Below, piece by piece: positions 10,076-23,395 of a DNA stretch of 64,000 bases (the stretch's first letter is position 1; every line of letters begins with the position of its first letter). Under the pieces are notes generated by a model, which did not search any database, had not been told where the DNA came from, and was given only the letters and a program-made list of their open reading frames with translations. The DNA lies in the NCBI RefSeq assembly GCF_964204645.1, contig NC_134030.1, forward strand, positions 17,940,210 to 18,004,209, read 5' to 3'. Source of the stretch: Tubulanus polymorphus (taxonomy: Eukaryota; Animalia; Nemertea). The position numbers and the translations under genes were made by a program.

Positions 10076-11104
10076 TGAATTCTACCCAGACGCAGATCGG
10101 TTGATCGTACAGCAGTTACATCATTCTCATGTCTCTGTTGAACAAGTCTGGTGTGCACCGTACCGCGTCACTGGTCATTCTGCTTATTCTGTTCCTGTTA
10201 GGAGCTTTCGGAAATTCAGCTACTATCCTGATAATGATAAGTAACAGATTCCGCGGTTTATCTTACGCTAACTCATCGAATTCCGATTTCAAAATCAAAC
10301 CCCGAATAAATAACGGGGACAATCCCTATTTTAAGATCCCAAAAAAATCCATCATCATCATCGTTTTGTTTGCTAGTGATTTTCTTTACTGTACCACTTT
10401 AACGCTGATGCCCGTGTAACAGTTTGTTCTCATGAGTGAAAACATCGGTCAAATATTCCTAGTGAATTCACTGATCGGTTGTCTTATCTATGAATTTGTC
10501 ATGGCGCTTGCACCATCCATTAGTGCGTGGTTGGTAGTAGCGATATCTCTGGAACGCGCGGCGGTTATTCTCTTCCCGTTCACATCTCGTTTGATATGTA
10601 CACCCAGATTCGCCCGATGCGTCGTTGCTATCATTCTTATTACGAACTTTTCCATAGCTGGTATTCCTTCAGCAGTACTACCGGAGTTTTCAGACCGATT
10701 GTCGGCATGCTACTTCAAATTATCAGACCAATCGATACTCTCCATGGTACCAATCGTCTACGGGTATTTCCTGCCTTTGAAATTGATCTTTCTATCAAAT
10801 TCTGTTATATTTATTCTGTTATTCAGGGGTTCAAAAATAGTTTCGTCCGATCAGAAAACAACAAAATCAAAACGTACGACAATTAATGCTCGTAACAGTT
10901 TCACTTTCATTTCTAGTATTCACACTTCCATCCACTGTCACTGTATTCACACCGATCTCGACTGAATGGAGTGGATTTCTTTTCGACATTTTCGCTCAGT
11001 TTGTATTATGCAATTATGTCATAAATTTTTATATATATATCTTTAATTGGGGCGGGAAATTCGTGAATATTTCTGTACGAAAATCCGCTGTAGAAATGCT
11101 ATGA
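10076..11104 (+). pseudogene. Rhodopsin-family peptide GPCR pseudogene
   Basis: TM1 GAFGN, TM2 ASDFL, TM3 SAWLVVAISLERA, TM6/7 FLVFTLP..NYVINFYIY; premature stops at ~10103 and 10417 and a frameshift at ~10886. Confidence 0.8.
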
Positions 11105-11666
11105 AATAACCATTGATCTTACGTCACTTCGACCGATACTGTAGAAATATTTTTGTAAGTAAATACATTCGGGAATATGACTTGCTTGATATCTCAGAAA
11201 TGTGTTACCGTAGAGTTAAGGCTATTCATTAATAAACCATAGCTGAAGATTTTCTTGGGGTTTAGTTGATAGATAGGCCTGGATGTCGACTTATATAGAA
11301 TGTTAACCAGTATACCATTTTTCGAAGTGATGAACACATAATAGACCCGATACAAAAATAAGCCTTGAAATACTGAACCTGACGTGGGAAACGAGACGTC
11401 GAGCCGATCTGCGCATCGGTAGATATTGGTTACGATATTGAACAATTCCGGCGCAGCTTTGGGTCAGCGTAATTTGTAAAGCGGGTCAAAAATTTTATCG
11501 AGGTGAAATGGGTTTCTGTTGATCTAATTTCAATGTGTCAAATCATGTTGATTTATCATTAAACGTACACAATTCAATAATGCTTATATCATGTTTTTGG
11601 TTCGATACTTTTCGTGGCCATTCAAAATAAAAGATTAGTAGTCAGGTAGTAGTAGTCAGCCACGGT

Positions 11667-12068
11667 GTGATAGCGCGAGTGAAATTTCAAGTTAAAACAA
11701 TTCTAGTCACCGATTTGATTCCGGTGATTAGATTTAAACGCGCTATGATTAAGATAGATATTCAGGGCTTCGAACTGAAGGCGTTTCAACATCTCGAGTC
11801 GTTTTTAAAAACGGTAGATATACCGTTTATACTGATGGAATGGATCTGGGTGAAGGTCGGGGAAACTGGTAAACATATGGTAGCGCTTATGCATAAACTG
11901 GGCTATCAATGTTTTCAGAGCGTACTTAACGGCTCTCAATGTCTAGGTAATGACCACACTAAATGGCCGTATGACGTGGTTTGGGTTAGAACCGATGCGA
12001 CTGTTTACCCAGGGGCATATGAAGCTATCCGTATATGGGCCGGGAAACCGAAGAATCCGTCGAGATAA
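11667..12068 (+). CDS. 3' part or exon of an FkbM-family methyltransferase
   Basis: AMIKIDIQGFELKAF..PFILMEW motif. Confidence 0.65.
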   Translation: MIARVKFQVKTILVTDLIPVIRFKRAMIKIDIQGFELKAFQHLESFLKTVDIPFILMEWIWVKVGETGKHMVALMHKLGYQCFQSVLNGSQCLGNDHTKWPYDVVWVRTDATVYPGAYEAIRIWAGKPKNPSR

Positions 12069-14758
12069 AAGCCGGTCTTTAAAATATAGATAGCTGTGAA
12101 ATCCACAATGAGCTGATGTAAATATTGTAGTGTATAGTATCCATTCAATAGACTTTTTCTTTAAAGATATAGCTGAGTATTATATTATCATGATGTCATG
12201 GTATTTATCATTCAGATAGAAATGAATCACGCGCTACCTGGTGGGTCAATATTAATTTTAGTAATTTCTAAGACTGTTTTCTTTTAAAAATCGGCTGATT
12301 GATGATTTTGGACTGATGGGGCCAAATCATGCCCCCCCCCAAAAAAAAGGTCGGCGAAATGTCAAAATCACGAAAACTGAATGACTTTTTTCATCAATGA
12401 ATTAAGAAATCATTAGTCAAAATAGATTAAGAAACTCTGCTGTTAGCTAGCACTTAGCAACGACCTCCAGACAATCTATACAATGTCGCTAACCGAACCA
12501 AGCGAGAGGCCATAGATAGCGTTGGATATTTTGAGAACAAGTATCTATTTATTGATCTATTTATTTATTTTATTTACACTCAAACCCATTACAGGTATTA
12601 GAGGGACAACACAAGATTTACAGATGTATAACAAACAGAAAATAACTAGTAACTAATTAGAACTATCCATGCATAGAGATATGCATTCAAATATAACACT
12701 TTAGAAAAATACAAATGAGAGCAGTCATTCAGTAGACGAATTCAATTTTTTGACGCCTTATAAAACGTTACCATTATGAAACCTAAACAATGTTAACCAT
12801 TCAGCGTCATTTTACAAACGACAACCGTAAATCGATGTGCAAAACGTCACAGGTCTATGTGTACACAAACAAGCTATCTGGCAAAATATTATTGACATAG
12901 ACGTAGAATGGCTTCCTGTGATTATATAATGACCTATATTTGAACGTCGAAATGTTATATTGCATTGAATATCATTAGAAGACGTATTGTAATAGTAAAG
13001 GATGAATGATTATATTAGAAGCGGCAGGCATAAATAGAAATGATAAGTAAATCGGATTATTCGGTTAAATGGCGGATGTATACACGATTTGGAAGTCTGA
13101 TATAAATTCAGACCCTGACGTGGGCATGCCGAAACGAAGCTATCTACGATGTGTGTAGGGCCGGCTTGAATTTCATCAGCGGCTACAAGCGGTAAATATG
13201 AAAATGTGTAAACATATAATTTCAATATTTAAACGTTTTAGAAAATATGTTTGATATTAGGAGTATGCAGGTTTCGTGAGATTAGCAATTTATAATAGCA
13301 TAGCTGTCATTCATATACGGCTCCGCGTCCTCTGATGACATGTGTATTAGGTGACAATTCAATTCAATTCTTTATTGATCCTTATTACATTGAAATTCTG
13401 GGATAAAATTCCCAAATTCAATAAATACAAATTTTAGAATAAATTAATACAACATACATGACACACGGGTAATTCATACAGAACAACATAAGCATGTTAT
13501 TTTAAATAACAATGTCTACTTCAACCCACCCAGACTCAAGACTAGGATATCGAGTGACAGCCAAACCCGTAGCCCGGGCCGGGGGACCGGGCCGGCTGGC
13601 TAGGCCACACGATATGCTCGACGTCATATGAAGCAGACATCAGAAGAGCTCTTTCTTCAACCATGGAGGCAATGAAGTTGCAGACCAGCTTAGAGGCATA
13701 AGTAAATGAAGTCGGTCGCAAGTTCGCGATCAATTATTGAGAATTTTCAATAAAAAGATTTAAAGCACTACTAGAGTCGAAGACCTGTATCATCTACCCA
13801 ATCGCCAAATCTCATCATTCCCCAAATTTCTTAAAACTTCGATTTCAAATTTGCAATTCCACATTAGCTTAGCCCAGAAATTCAACATTTTTTTCGCAGG
13901 TGTCAAATAATTTTCTAAAATTAATTTTCTTGTTTATAAGTTTCTTGCAAAAAAACTGTAAGGTCTTTAGGTGGTTGAGCAAAAAGATCAATCAGGATAT
14001 TTTGAAAATTACAATCATTCGGGACTTCGGCAAAAAAAATTATCTTTCAAATACAAGGGACAGACAATGAATGATATAGTGTGACTCATTACAAAATGAC
14101 CCTTCCTTTACACGGAGGGCAGTTGTCATCACCGATGTTCACAGGAAGGTTAGATAACATAGTCCCTATGCGTCATCTATATCTGAAAAAATAAACGGTT
14201 GACCTGCCAGTATATGTCCTTGCAAAACAGTCAATCTATCAGTCATCACGCCGATAGAGATGATTCTGACGGATGGTACTTGATCGGTCAATGAAGTTCG
14301 AACTTTCGCTACTATATTATATGTATAGTCTGCAGATATCGACATCGGACATATCGATTATAGTCTGTTCGAAAAGCCGACTTCAGGAATATTGAGAGCG
14401 TACTCGTCGCGTATTGATATACAACTGGTTCGAGTCACGGCCATCCGAATCGGGCCGCAACATTACACAGACACAACCCGCAGTCTTACAGCCGTTTCAT
14501 CGACCAGTTCTAGAAACCATCTGTCTTTCAATTTGAATTGGTCTTCGTGAAATTATTCTTTTTCGTGGACCGATATTCGTTGGTGTATCTAATTTGAGTC
14601 ATTGAATCTTAAGTCACGAGCTACACATTATTTCACACGTCATTGACTCAGGAATCACCAGCTACACCAGCATTCCCAACGTCACTTGAGTTTTGGAGTC
14701 ACTGAGTGTGGGAGTCACAAGCTGTATAATTTCTATCGTCGCGTGGATTCAACTGATT

Positions 14759-15097
14759 TTAGATAAATGAAATAACATTTTTCTGAATTGTTTGTTTACA
14801 ATTGAATACAGTAAGTGATGTAACCCCGTAAATTTGATTTAACAGATCCTTGTAATCTGCGCGGCCTTCAAACTTACCGACAAAACCTGGAAGTTCTAGA
14901 ACAGTATATACACTACTCATTGTAAGCACCATTTTATAAACTTTAGTTTGATTTTGAGATAATGAGATTTTGGACGCTGAGAGAGTTTCACGTTGCTTAC
15001 TTTTGACGTGTAAGACAATAATAAGAGCAATGTTTGCTAGGAAAACGAGAATATTTGAAATAATAACGTGGATGATCGGGTCTATGTATCTGTTCAT
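14759..15097 (-). pseudogene. GPCR fragment (TM5-TM6)
   Basis: Hydrophobic helices, KMVLTMSSVYTVLELP; related sequences at 14345-14410 and 15853-15912. Confidence 0.5.
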
Positions 15098-15249
15098 AAC
15101 TTAGTAAAATCGTTTATCAACAGTTTTAGACATGTAGTGACGGAAGCGGAATCTATTATATCTTCTTGACGGTACTACGATCTGTGTTATAGGGAAGATA
15201 GTACATAGATACAATGACCCTTAGTACTCCTCGGTATCTATGAGAAATT

Positions 15250-15500
15250 TGCTCGTAACGGTTCGAATACTAGGTTGTCTTTTGCGTCCAAGAGCAGTTG
15301 GCTCGCAAGGGTTGGAATCCTAAGTTATCCTCTCAGAGTTCAGGAGAAGTGGACTTGTCTGGGTTTGAATCCTACGTTTTCTTTGGTGCCAATGAGAAAT
15401 GGGCTCGCAAGGGTTCGAATCCTACGTTGTCCTCAGTGTTCAGGAAAAGCGGGCTTGCATGGGTTCGAATCCTAAGTTATCCGCGAGTGTTCAGGAGAAG
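15250..15500 (+). repeat. Degenerate ~50-bp tandem repeat containing GGTTCGAATCC
   Basis: Five occurrences resembling gctcgcaagggttcgaatccta. Confidence 0.6.
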
Positions 15501-16463
15501 CTGTGCAACAAGATTCAGAGACAAATCAAACCTACAAAACAATGAGAAACAACAAAATGAGACAAACTTAACTGACCGTTGAAGCTGATCCCCCCTTGAA
15601 ACCCATCCCGTATGGCGGTTCCAAGAGCCAATGTTGACCGCCTTCTATTCTCCGACCCACCCACCGGCGCAGGTATGCTGCCGATATCGAGACCTTCCTG
15701 TGAATAGCGATACCCAGGGTAACGACAACGACTAGTCCGAGGGCGTCGTCGCGAAACGGAATCGAGACACTCCATCACGTGACCCGAAAGCGGACGACAT
15801 TCCAACACGTGACCGAATGTAACACGTGACACACCGATGTTTGCAGAGCTCAGACATATCGATAATAGTCTGTTCGTAAAGCTGACTTCAGAAATATCGA
15901 GAGCGTACTCGGCGTAGGAAGATTTGCAACTAGTTCCTTTAGATTTAGAGGTTTACAGGACCAATATTGACGTATTATGACATGTACAGCAGCTGTGGCT
16001 TTTTGAAAATCCACCAGCAAAAACTCAATCACAAAAAAATAAGCTTTTAAACGTATAGAATTGTATTCAATAACATTTTATTTGACAAAACTATTCGCAT
16101 ATAGAGCTACACGTTTATAAGCAGAACGAAATTTCTGTATCCGCGATCGGAATCAAGAAAATACTATATACCCAACACCTGACGATGGTCCCTAAACAAA
16201 GAGAGGCTGAAGCATCGTTCCTGTTTTTGATTATATAGATAAGTAAATAAGTATCCATTTTAATTTCTACATATTCATGGATTATAATTTCAAACGATAA
16301 AAAAACAGGGAATCTATTTCCAAATCTCGAAAAAATCTTGAACCGAATTTTCTGATCCTGGCTTTTAATAGAAAGGTACTTTGAAAATTTAAGGGTTCGC
16401 TCGGTACGGGCCCGGTCAGGTCAGGTATATTCGATGGATCAACATTTATTCGAGAGTCAAAGC

Positions 16464-17360
16464 TCAGACGTTTCTGGCCAATAAAAAGTGTTTCAGGGTT
16501 ATAGGCAACATCGGGAATCCATAACTGTAGACGACATATTTACGGATGATATCCTGAACTTGTGCGCGCGATGTTTCCAGTAAGGTATCTATATCCCGAC
16601 CCGCGATGAACGTCGGTATCGCGTCACCCATTTTACGAATGGCTGCGTCCTGTTGGCTGATGCGCGATCTGACCGGTTTCAGAGCTAGGTGCATCAAAAT
16701 CGCGCCCTCGTCGGTCGAGCGCGAAACCACTTTCATCTCAGCAGCTTCCGCGCGTAGGAGTTCATCTATGTCAACTAGTCCGCAGGGAATGGACGATGAA
16801 CCGTCATCGGTGAGGGCTTGGATTTCTCGAGCGATGCTAAAATAATCTGTCTTGGTCGTTGAGCTCAGGTAAACTCGTCCACACTCGTTAGCTAACTTAT
16901 AAAGCGACACTTCCAAACATTCCGCCGGATCGTCGAAGTAATAGAGAACGTGCGAAAAAATGATCAAATCGTAGAAGTCGTTCGGTAAGAAAGAAGGCGC
17001 CTCCTCGCTAGAGAATTTACGTCTATAGACCTCGGACTGGAATTCGTACTTACTGGCGAGTTTTGCCATTCGAGTCTCCAGCTCCAGCGACATGACGTCA
17101 TTCGGTTCAACGCAGTCGACGCGTTCGAAACTCACTTCATCACCGAGTTCGATGAACGCGTCTTCTAACAGATACCCGTGAGCCGCGCCGACTGATAGCA
17201 CTCTCAAACCTCTCCGCCTACCGTCTGCCGTCATCAGGTGATCGGTAGCGGTCTGACGGACGGCGCGAACTGCTTCACATAATCTCTTCAATCCGAAGTT
17301 AATTTCGCTGCAATTCAGACGAAAATATCGGAGACTTTCGCCGTATTTCAGGTCGTTCAT
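16464..17360 (-). CDS. Class I SAM-dependent methyltransferase (histamine N-methyltransferase-like), large exon
   Basis: Motif I VLSVGAAHG, DCVEPN, YDLIIFSHVLYYF; splice-acceptor-like tttttag at ~17381-17387. Confidence 0.75.
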   Translation of the reverse strand: MNDLKYGESLRYFRLNCSEINFGLKRLCEAVRAVRQTATDHLMTADGRRRGLRVLSVGAAHGYLLEDAFIELGDEVSFERVDCVEPNDVMSLELETRMAKLASKYEFQSEVYRRKFSSEEAPSFLPNDFYDLIIFSHVLYYFDDPAECLEVSLYKLANECGRVYLSSTTKTDYFSIAREIQALTDDGSSSIPCGLVDIDELLRAEAAEMKVVSRSTDEGAILMHLALKPVRSRISQQDAAIRKMGDAIPTFIAGRDIDTLLETSRAQVQDIIRKYVVYSYGFPMLPITLKHFLLARNV

Positions 17361-17411
17361 CGTAACTCGGCTGCCGTCTGCTAAAAAGAAACATTTCTAT
17401 ATTATATACCG

Positions 17412-17543
17412 GGAGCCAGTGACTCAATAGTTGGTAAGAGTTTACCAGTGAATAGTTGACATAGTGACAATTATTGAAAGCTCATTTGTACTTTGATTCA
17501 TCCATCGGTTATCTTTGAAACCAACTTTTGAGCAACTGGCCCC
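17412..17543. mobile_element. ~130-bp MITE with GGGCCAGTTGCTC-type TIRs; second copy at 35521-35647
   Basis: Terminal inverted repeats and shared internal ttgacatagtgacaatt in both copies. Confidence 0.7.
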
Positions 17544-18755
17544 CAGTATCATAAACTATGGGTGCCTTTTCTAGACAGGTTCCTATCGAACCGTTTAGGC
17601 GTAATTCTTGTCGACACGAACGGCCCTGAAGAGAATTCCTGAATCGATAGAAAATAGACGAATCAAACCTGCCAAACTCTCTCCCGGCCGCTTCTATCAG
17701 GTTTACAGATACTGGAATATGTAGCTTATCTTGATCGTGACTAAAGCGCCAGATGAGTATTTCCGAATTAGTAGAGGCCATTTAACCTTTCTGGTTTAGA
17801 GATTTTGCTATAATTCCGGAATGGAATAGAGCACATTCTGAAGAATTCCGGTATAGGCCAATCCAAACCTACCTATGTGCGCGATGCTACACAATGATGC
17901 CGTTTCGAAAAGGCCATCGATTATTTTCAAAGCGCCATATTGTAGGTTATTAGTGACGCATTTAGCGTGAATCCTTTATCCTAAATAATCACAGATGTAT
18001 GCATAAATATACAGCGCAGCTTTTATCCTTCAGAATTCATGTTCATACACGTCAAATAGAGGTCATATAGAGGTCACAGTAGTTACTCTATCCGTAATTT
18101 TGCAATAATGAATTTTGGCGTTCATTTTTTTATCAAACATATTTCATAACTGGCAAAAAATACCTTTTTCATAAGTTTCGGATGATGAAATTGTGAATTT
18201 GCCTTTTCTGAGGTCACTATTTCGCGAACAAATTTCCTTTTTTTTCTATGATTTTCGGAACGACATTTTTATTCGATTTGACTCGTAAATCGGCGGTGGT
18301 GAAAAAGCCACGTATCGAATTAACTCGAAATTAGCGGCAGCCCTCGTCCGCCCAAAATGTCATGGGCGATGTAATAGACCAATGAAGGGTTTGCGGCGAG
18401 ATATTGCGTAGGATACAGCAGAATGGCGAGACTTTTGGATGAAAACCATTGAGTGCTGCCCCTATGAATAACGATAGCGGAATTTCTGTGAACTAAAAAG
18501 TAACGCATTTACCACCAAAATATAAATTTCCTAATTACGTACAATCGGGACCTAAACTAGACATAAACTACGGCCCCGACCTACATAAAATCGACGCATT
18601 CGAACAATCTGAGCGCCGCAAATTTCGTGCCGTGGCTCCGAGTCTCGATTAACTATTACAGCCTGCAAGTGACATCACAGATCATATATTTGACAACTGA
18701 TCAGTGAATTCGTGATGAATATAGGAACGCCTTTAACGCGAAAGAGAACGAACTG

Positions 18756-19022
18756 TTAAACAGGCATCAGTGTTAATTTGATAAAGTGCAAGGAATCACT
18801 GAGACACAAAGCGATCGGATAGATAGCGTGAGGTAAACTGCGGAATCTGCGACTTATCGCTATCAGGAAAGTACGTTCCTGAATTTCCAAACATTCCTGA
18901 CGTGAACAAGACAAGCAGACCAGTGACACAGTACAGTAGATTCCAGACCCGTTTATCACAGACATGAGAACGATGTAACCAAGAAAAGGTCGTCGACCAA
19001 TCCGCATCTGAGTTGAATTCAT
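18756..19022 (-). pseudogene. 5' fragment of a GPCR paralogous to 10076-10419
   Basis: MNSTQMRIG..ISRRFRSL..LSDSL..LTLMPV aligns by eye with MNSTQTQIG..ISNRFRGL..ASDFL..LTLMPV. Confidence 0.6.
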
Positions 19023-19798
19023 GATTTGATGCGGATCAGGGTCGGATCCAGCTTTATACCATCCATGCCTTCCGGAAGGTGGAATGCATTTCCAAAATAC
19101 CCTGAGACGATTGGTGAACACAGATAAAAAGGGGCACCATATCACATGAAAATGGAACATAAAGTAAAAAGAACAAATAAAAGGACACTTTGTATGGGCC
19201 GATACGATGGGACCAAATTCCGGATGATCTCATAAAAAGGGCACTATCACTGGTCAATCCTAGGTATCTATGACAGGTAAAGGGGCAGCATATCCAATTT
19301 AAAAGGCATGTAAAGTAAAACGAAAAGAAGGGCATTTTCGGGCCGATGCTGTGAAAAGAAAATTTTCTAAGAATGGCAAAAAAGCTTCTCGGAGTATTTA
19401 ATCTGAAAATTCCGCTTAGATTTTTAGTGGTTTAAGCTACAGGGAACCTCTCAAATTGCATCTCAGGACCTCAATTTATATTATTTTTTTGTTAAATATC
19501 CTTGCCCTTTTATAAGTGGTCAGGTTGTCAAACAGGATGACCCCCTGGTCACGTATTGATAATTACAATTAATCTTGGTGTTTACGTATAACCTAATAGC
19601 GTTAATCAGATTTTCACCTATACGCCGCTAAGTGGCCCCACACCGATCCACACCTCTTGCAATACATGCGGCTTTCATTTATATCTGATGACAATGACGC
19701 ATAAAATAATTTCTCTTCAACCTAAGCTTAACTTAACTTAACTTAACCAGCGACGATCGCGTCGCGTCGCATGGCCAACCTATACCTGAATTGGATAA

Positions 19799-19890
19799 AC
19801 TACTGATTCCGCAGTGGATGAGCTACTGATTCCGCAGTGAATATACTACTGATTCCGTAGTGGATACTTCACTGATTCCACAGTGGATTT
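19799..19890 (+). repeat. ~23-bp minisatellite (actgattccgcagtgga) x4
   Basis: Directly visible tandem repeat. Confidence 0.8.
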
Positions 19891-20002
19891 GTAACAATCG
19901 CTGGACCTTGTGAGAACGAAAATTGCCCAATAATTTTTGAATTCATAGCGATATTGGGGCCTTAAATGTGTCTACCACATTGAACAAAATAGGCCGACAT
20001 CA

Positions 20003-20230
20003 TTATGTATAGTCATGTTGGGTTTGAATTAGAACCAGGGAGCTGAGTCGGTCCTGACCATCGACGCTTTCATGTTCGGCGCAGCGTTCAGATGTCAGAG
20101 ACAAAGAAGAGGGACGTGGCGCTAAACAGTGTCTCATCAGTTCAAACATGAATTCTTCAAAACGAATCCATGGTTCAATCAGCTTCATTTGACACGGTAG
20201 TAATAGAATAGTGAAAGCCACACAGCTGCT
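20003..20230 (-). mobile_element. Possible hAT transposase C-terminal dimerisation-domain relic
   Basis: GQDRLSSLVLI resembles the hATC motif; the rest is degenerate. Confidence 0.3.
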
Positions 20231-21120
20231 AATGTCTATTTCAACTTGACTTCAGAGCACATCGAGTTGGCCTAGCTCAGTCAGTTTTGATGGTACTAGC
20301 CTACCTGATATGAGTCTTATTAGGAAAAGACTGGCAGTTGACCTAAAACATCGTTTTTTTTAATCCATTCTTCACTGTATTGAAGGAATGCCAAAAAGTC
20401 TTCATTGAAAGGCCATAATTTGAAAGTCTAATAAAACCAACTATTTACAGATATGTTTCCATGGCTACATAGCAAACTTGACTCTTATCAAGTATGTACC
20501 GCCAAAACTGACCGAGCTAGGCCACCTGATGTGCTTGCTCTCAAGTCAAGTTGAAATAAGACATCAGATAAAATTAGATTAGGCCACTGGACACCGTACC
20601 GTATACTTGAATCTGGTAAAATGATGTTTGCTCGTTTCAAGGACTGGACATGCAGGAGGCGTGACGATACAATTTGATTGACGCGTGACGTGTCAGCGGT
20701 TCGTCTGCCGCCAGTATAAAAATAACCGCACGCGCGTCGTTTGTTCATCTTCCGTGTTTGCAGCCGAAACCTGAACGTTTGCTAATTTTGAAACCTCGAA
20801 ATAAAAACTTTCGCTGTTCGACAAAACTTGCGTTTGAAGTTGATATCATTGGATTATCATCCGTATATTCTCGACATAGTGAAATCAGATATAATCGTTT
20901 TCTACAATTTCTAACTTTCCCGTAAATAACGAAAGTTTCTTTTATTACAAACATCTTTTTTGAAAACGACACAACGAACTCAGCGTGCGCTCGAACGGGA
21001 AGGTTAAGCTGTATACGGTGGTTATCAGAATATTGTTGATTTTCGTGCACACAAAAAAAAAACATTAATCTTGTTAAATTGAAACATTGATATTTTTGAG
21101 TCGAAATATATCAAAAACAG

Positions 21121-22265
21121 ATGAATTCGACATCAAATCACGCGCCGAATGGAAGTCATCAACGAGAAGGAAACCTGCAAGGATCGTACTGTTTCCTCTA
21201 TTTCGTGTACCCCGTGGAGTTGGTGAACACTATGAACCCGTGGGTGAAATGGGTTCACATTATTTGCACGTCGTTCTTTATTGTCTTCGGTCTGATGTCG
21301 AATGTCGTATCATTTATCGTTATGACGTCGCAGAAAATGCGCAAGAGCTCGTTCGCGGTCTACCTGACAGTTTTAGCCGTGAGCGACGGGTGTGATTTGG
21401 TATTGTACGGTATTTTCTGGATTAATTCCATCAGCGCGCTCTCGGGTGGACCCTTGGTCATCGTGGTCGGTGGCGTGTTGGCAAAAACTTTTCTCAAATA
21501 TATAAGTTTGTATTTCGCGGCATTGAGCAGTTGGTTGGTAACATTGATCAGTGTTGAACGTTTCATCGTTGTCTGTTTTCCGATGTCGGCGTTGCGTTTG
21601 TGCCGCCGTCAAACGGCATGTGGCGCCTCCTGTTGCACGGTTCTCGGCGTCCTATGCGTTATGCTAGTCGACGGTTCCCTGCGTCCGTGGATGGACTATG
21701 ACGTCACTTGTTGGCTACCCAGTCAACGCTACCAGTCACCCACGTTAGGGGCTCTTATGATTGGCTACTTGCCTTTTATCATTTTAAAAATCTGTTGCGT
21801 CAGTATAGTCGGAGTCTTGCGCAGGCGCAGTGCGAGAATACCGATCGCCGCTGTCAAACTGACCAATAACAGAGTCACTCGTCTCATGCTGTTCGTCATG
21901 CTCGTTTTTCTCGTATTACTATTTCCTGGTACAATTACTATAACGCTCGCAGGCGTGCTCCCACAATTACGACAAGTATTGAAGTCTGTACCGTATCGGG
22001 TCCGATGTCCGTCATCCTTTGGGAAATAAGCTACTCGGTCAATTTCCTCATTTACGCGATGACCAGTGGAAAGGTTAGGGAAGCGTTCGTCGAGAGGTTT
22101 CTAGTTTGGTCGACAGGTTGCGCTCGTAGCGACTGCCGATCGTGGAATCGAATGAATCTGAAAACAAAAAAGTGCGAAGAGACACCGGTGTCTCCGAAAC
22201 CCGTGGTAAACGGTAGTGAAGGGACACCGGTGTTCGATGATTCATATCAGATCTCCAACCCATAA
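21121..22265 (+). pseudogene. Single-exon rhodopsin-family peptide GPCR (FMRFamide-receptor-like) with one frameshift near 22000
   Basis: VFGLMSN, YLTVLAVSD, SSWLVTLISVERF, FLVLLFP; TM7 YSVNFLIY lies in a second frame. Confidence 0.8.
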
Positions 22266-23395
22266 TCGAAGAGGATGATCATACGCGACATAATACCACT
22301 AAGACCAGTCATCGCGTACCGCCAACCAGCAAACCTAAGAAAACTCCTCATCAGCAGCAATAGAAATGCAGCTACCGAACGTTGTGACCGTTTCATGGAT
22401 CCAGGCCATTTCACTTCGGACCATGTTACCTGCGCCAAATGTGGAATTTGAGCTCGAGATGCAGGATATAAATGCACAAGAATTAAATAGCATCGTATAG
22501 AAAAAAAAGAGAAGAAACCCAAATGTTTGCATGTCTATTTGCTGACAAAGTCATGTATTGTTCAATCTTTATGTGTTTTTTTAGTCTAATTGCATGATTT
22601 TTATTGTTTTCCGTATACGCTTGTTTTCAATATTTTGTATGGTTGTTCTTATTTACCATTGGCAATTTTCATATTACATGTGTTATTCTTTTCTCTCGCT
22701 ATTTGTTATGATTCTTCATATTCTATTCTCCGAAGTATATGTAAACTTTTGTTGTCATATTTTGTTTTTTTTTCGATGTTAAATGTTTTGTTGTGTTTAT
22801 CACATGATTTACTTATTTACATTTGTACGATTAATTTCACTATTTTGTATGATTTCTTTTCTCTTATTTTGCCATTGCCAATGAATTTTTTTTTATTTTC
22901 TCGTTATTTTGTATGTTTTTTCTCTTTTCGTCTGTATTGTTTCGCAATTTTGTATGCATTTTACATTACGTTTTCTATGATATATGTTCAGCTTTTAAAT
23001 GCATGTATTTCTTCCTTCTGTTTCCCCAACCTTTTGTTTTCTTAAACTTTATTGTTTCTACCCTCTTATATATGTAAAGTTCGGGTCGAACTCTAAGTAG
23101 GGGGGGGGGGAGCTATATGTTAGGCCTGAGCGGAACACGGATTAACGGGTTCCACCCAGACATAGCCTAATTAGTGCTCATGGTTTTTAATTATATTCAT
23201 GTTTTGTTTTTTGTAAATAGCAACTATTATGTATAAAAGATACTAACATTTATTATATCACTGTCAAATCTACTAACCGACTCGAAGAATAAACAACGCT
23301 CTATATAGTCATACCGATTGCTGTCTCTCGTGTTTGATCTTGGATTATAATTATTTGTGTTACGTTGTGTATCAAAGTCTTACATAAGGTTGGGC

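Noticed and set aside
16166-16226. CTGACGA...GAAG possible hammerhead
   Set aside because: Core and stems are too degenerate; at most an old Penelope pLTR scrap.
22590-23045. 151-aa hydrophobic ORF
   Set aside because: T-rich low-complexity DNA with no protein motif.
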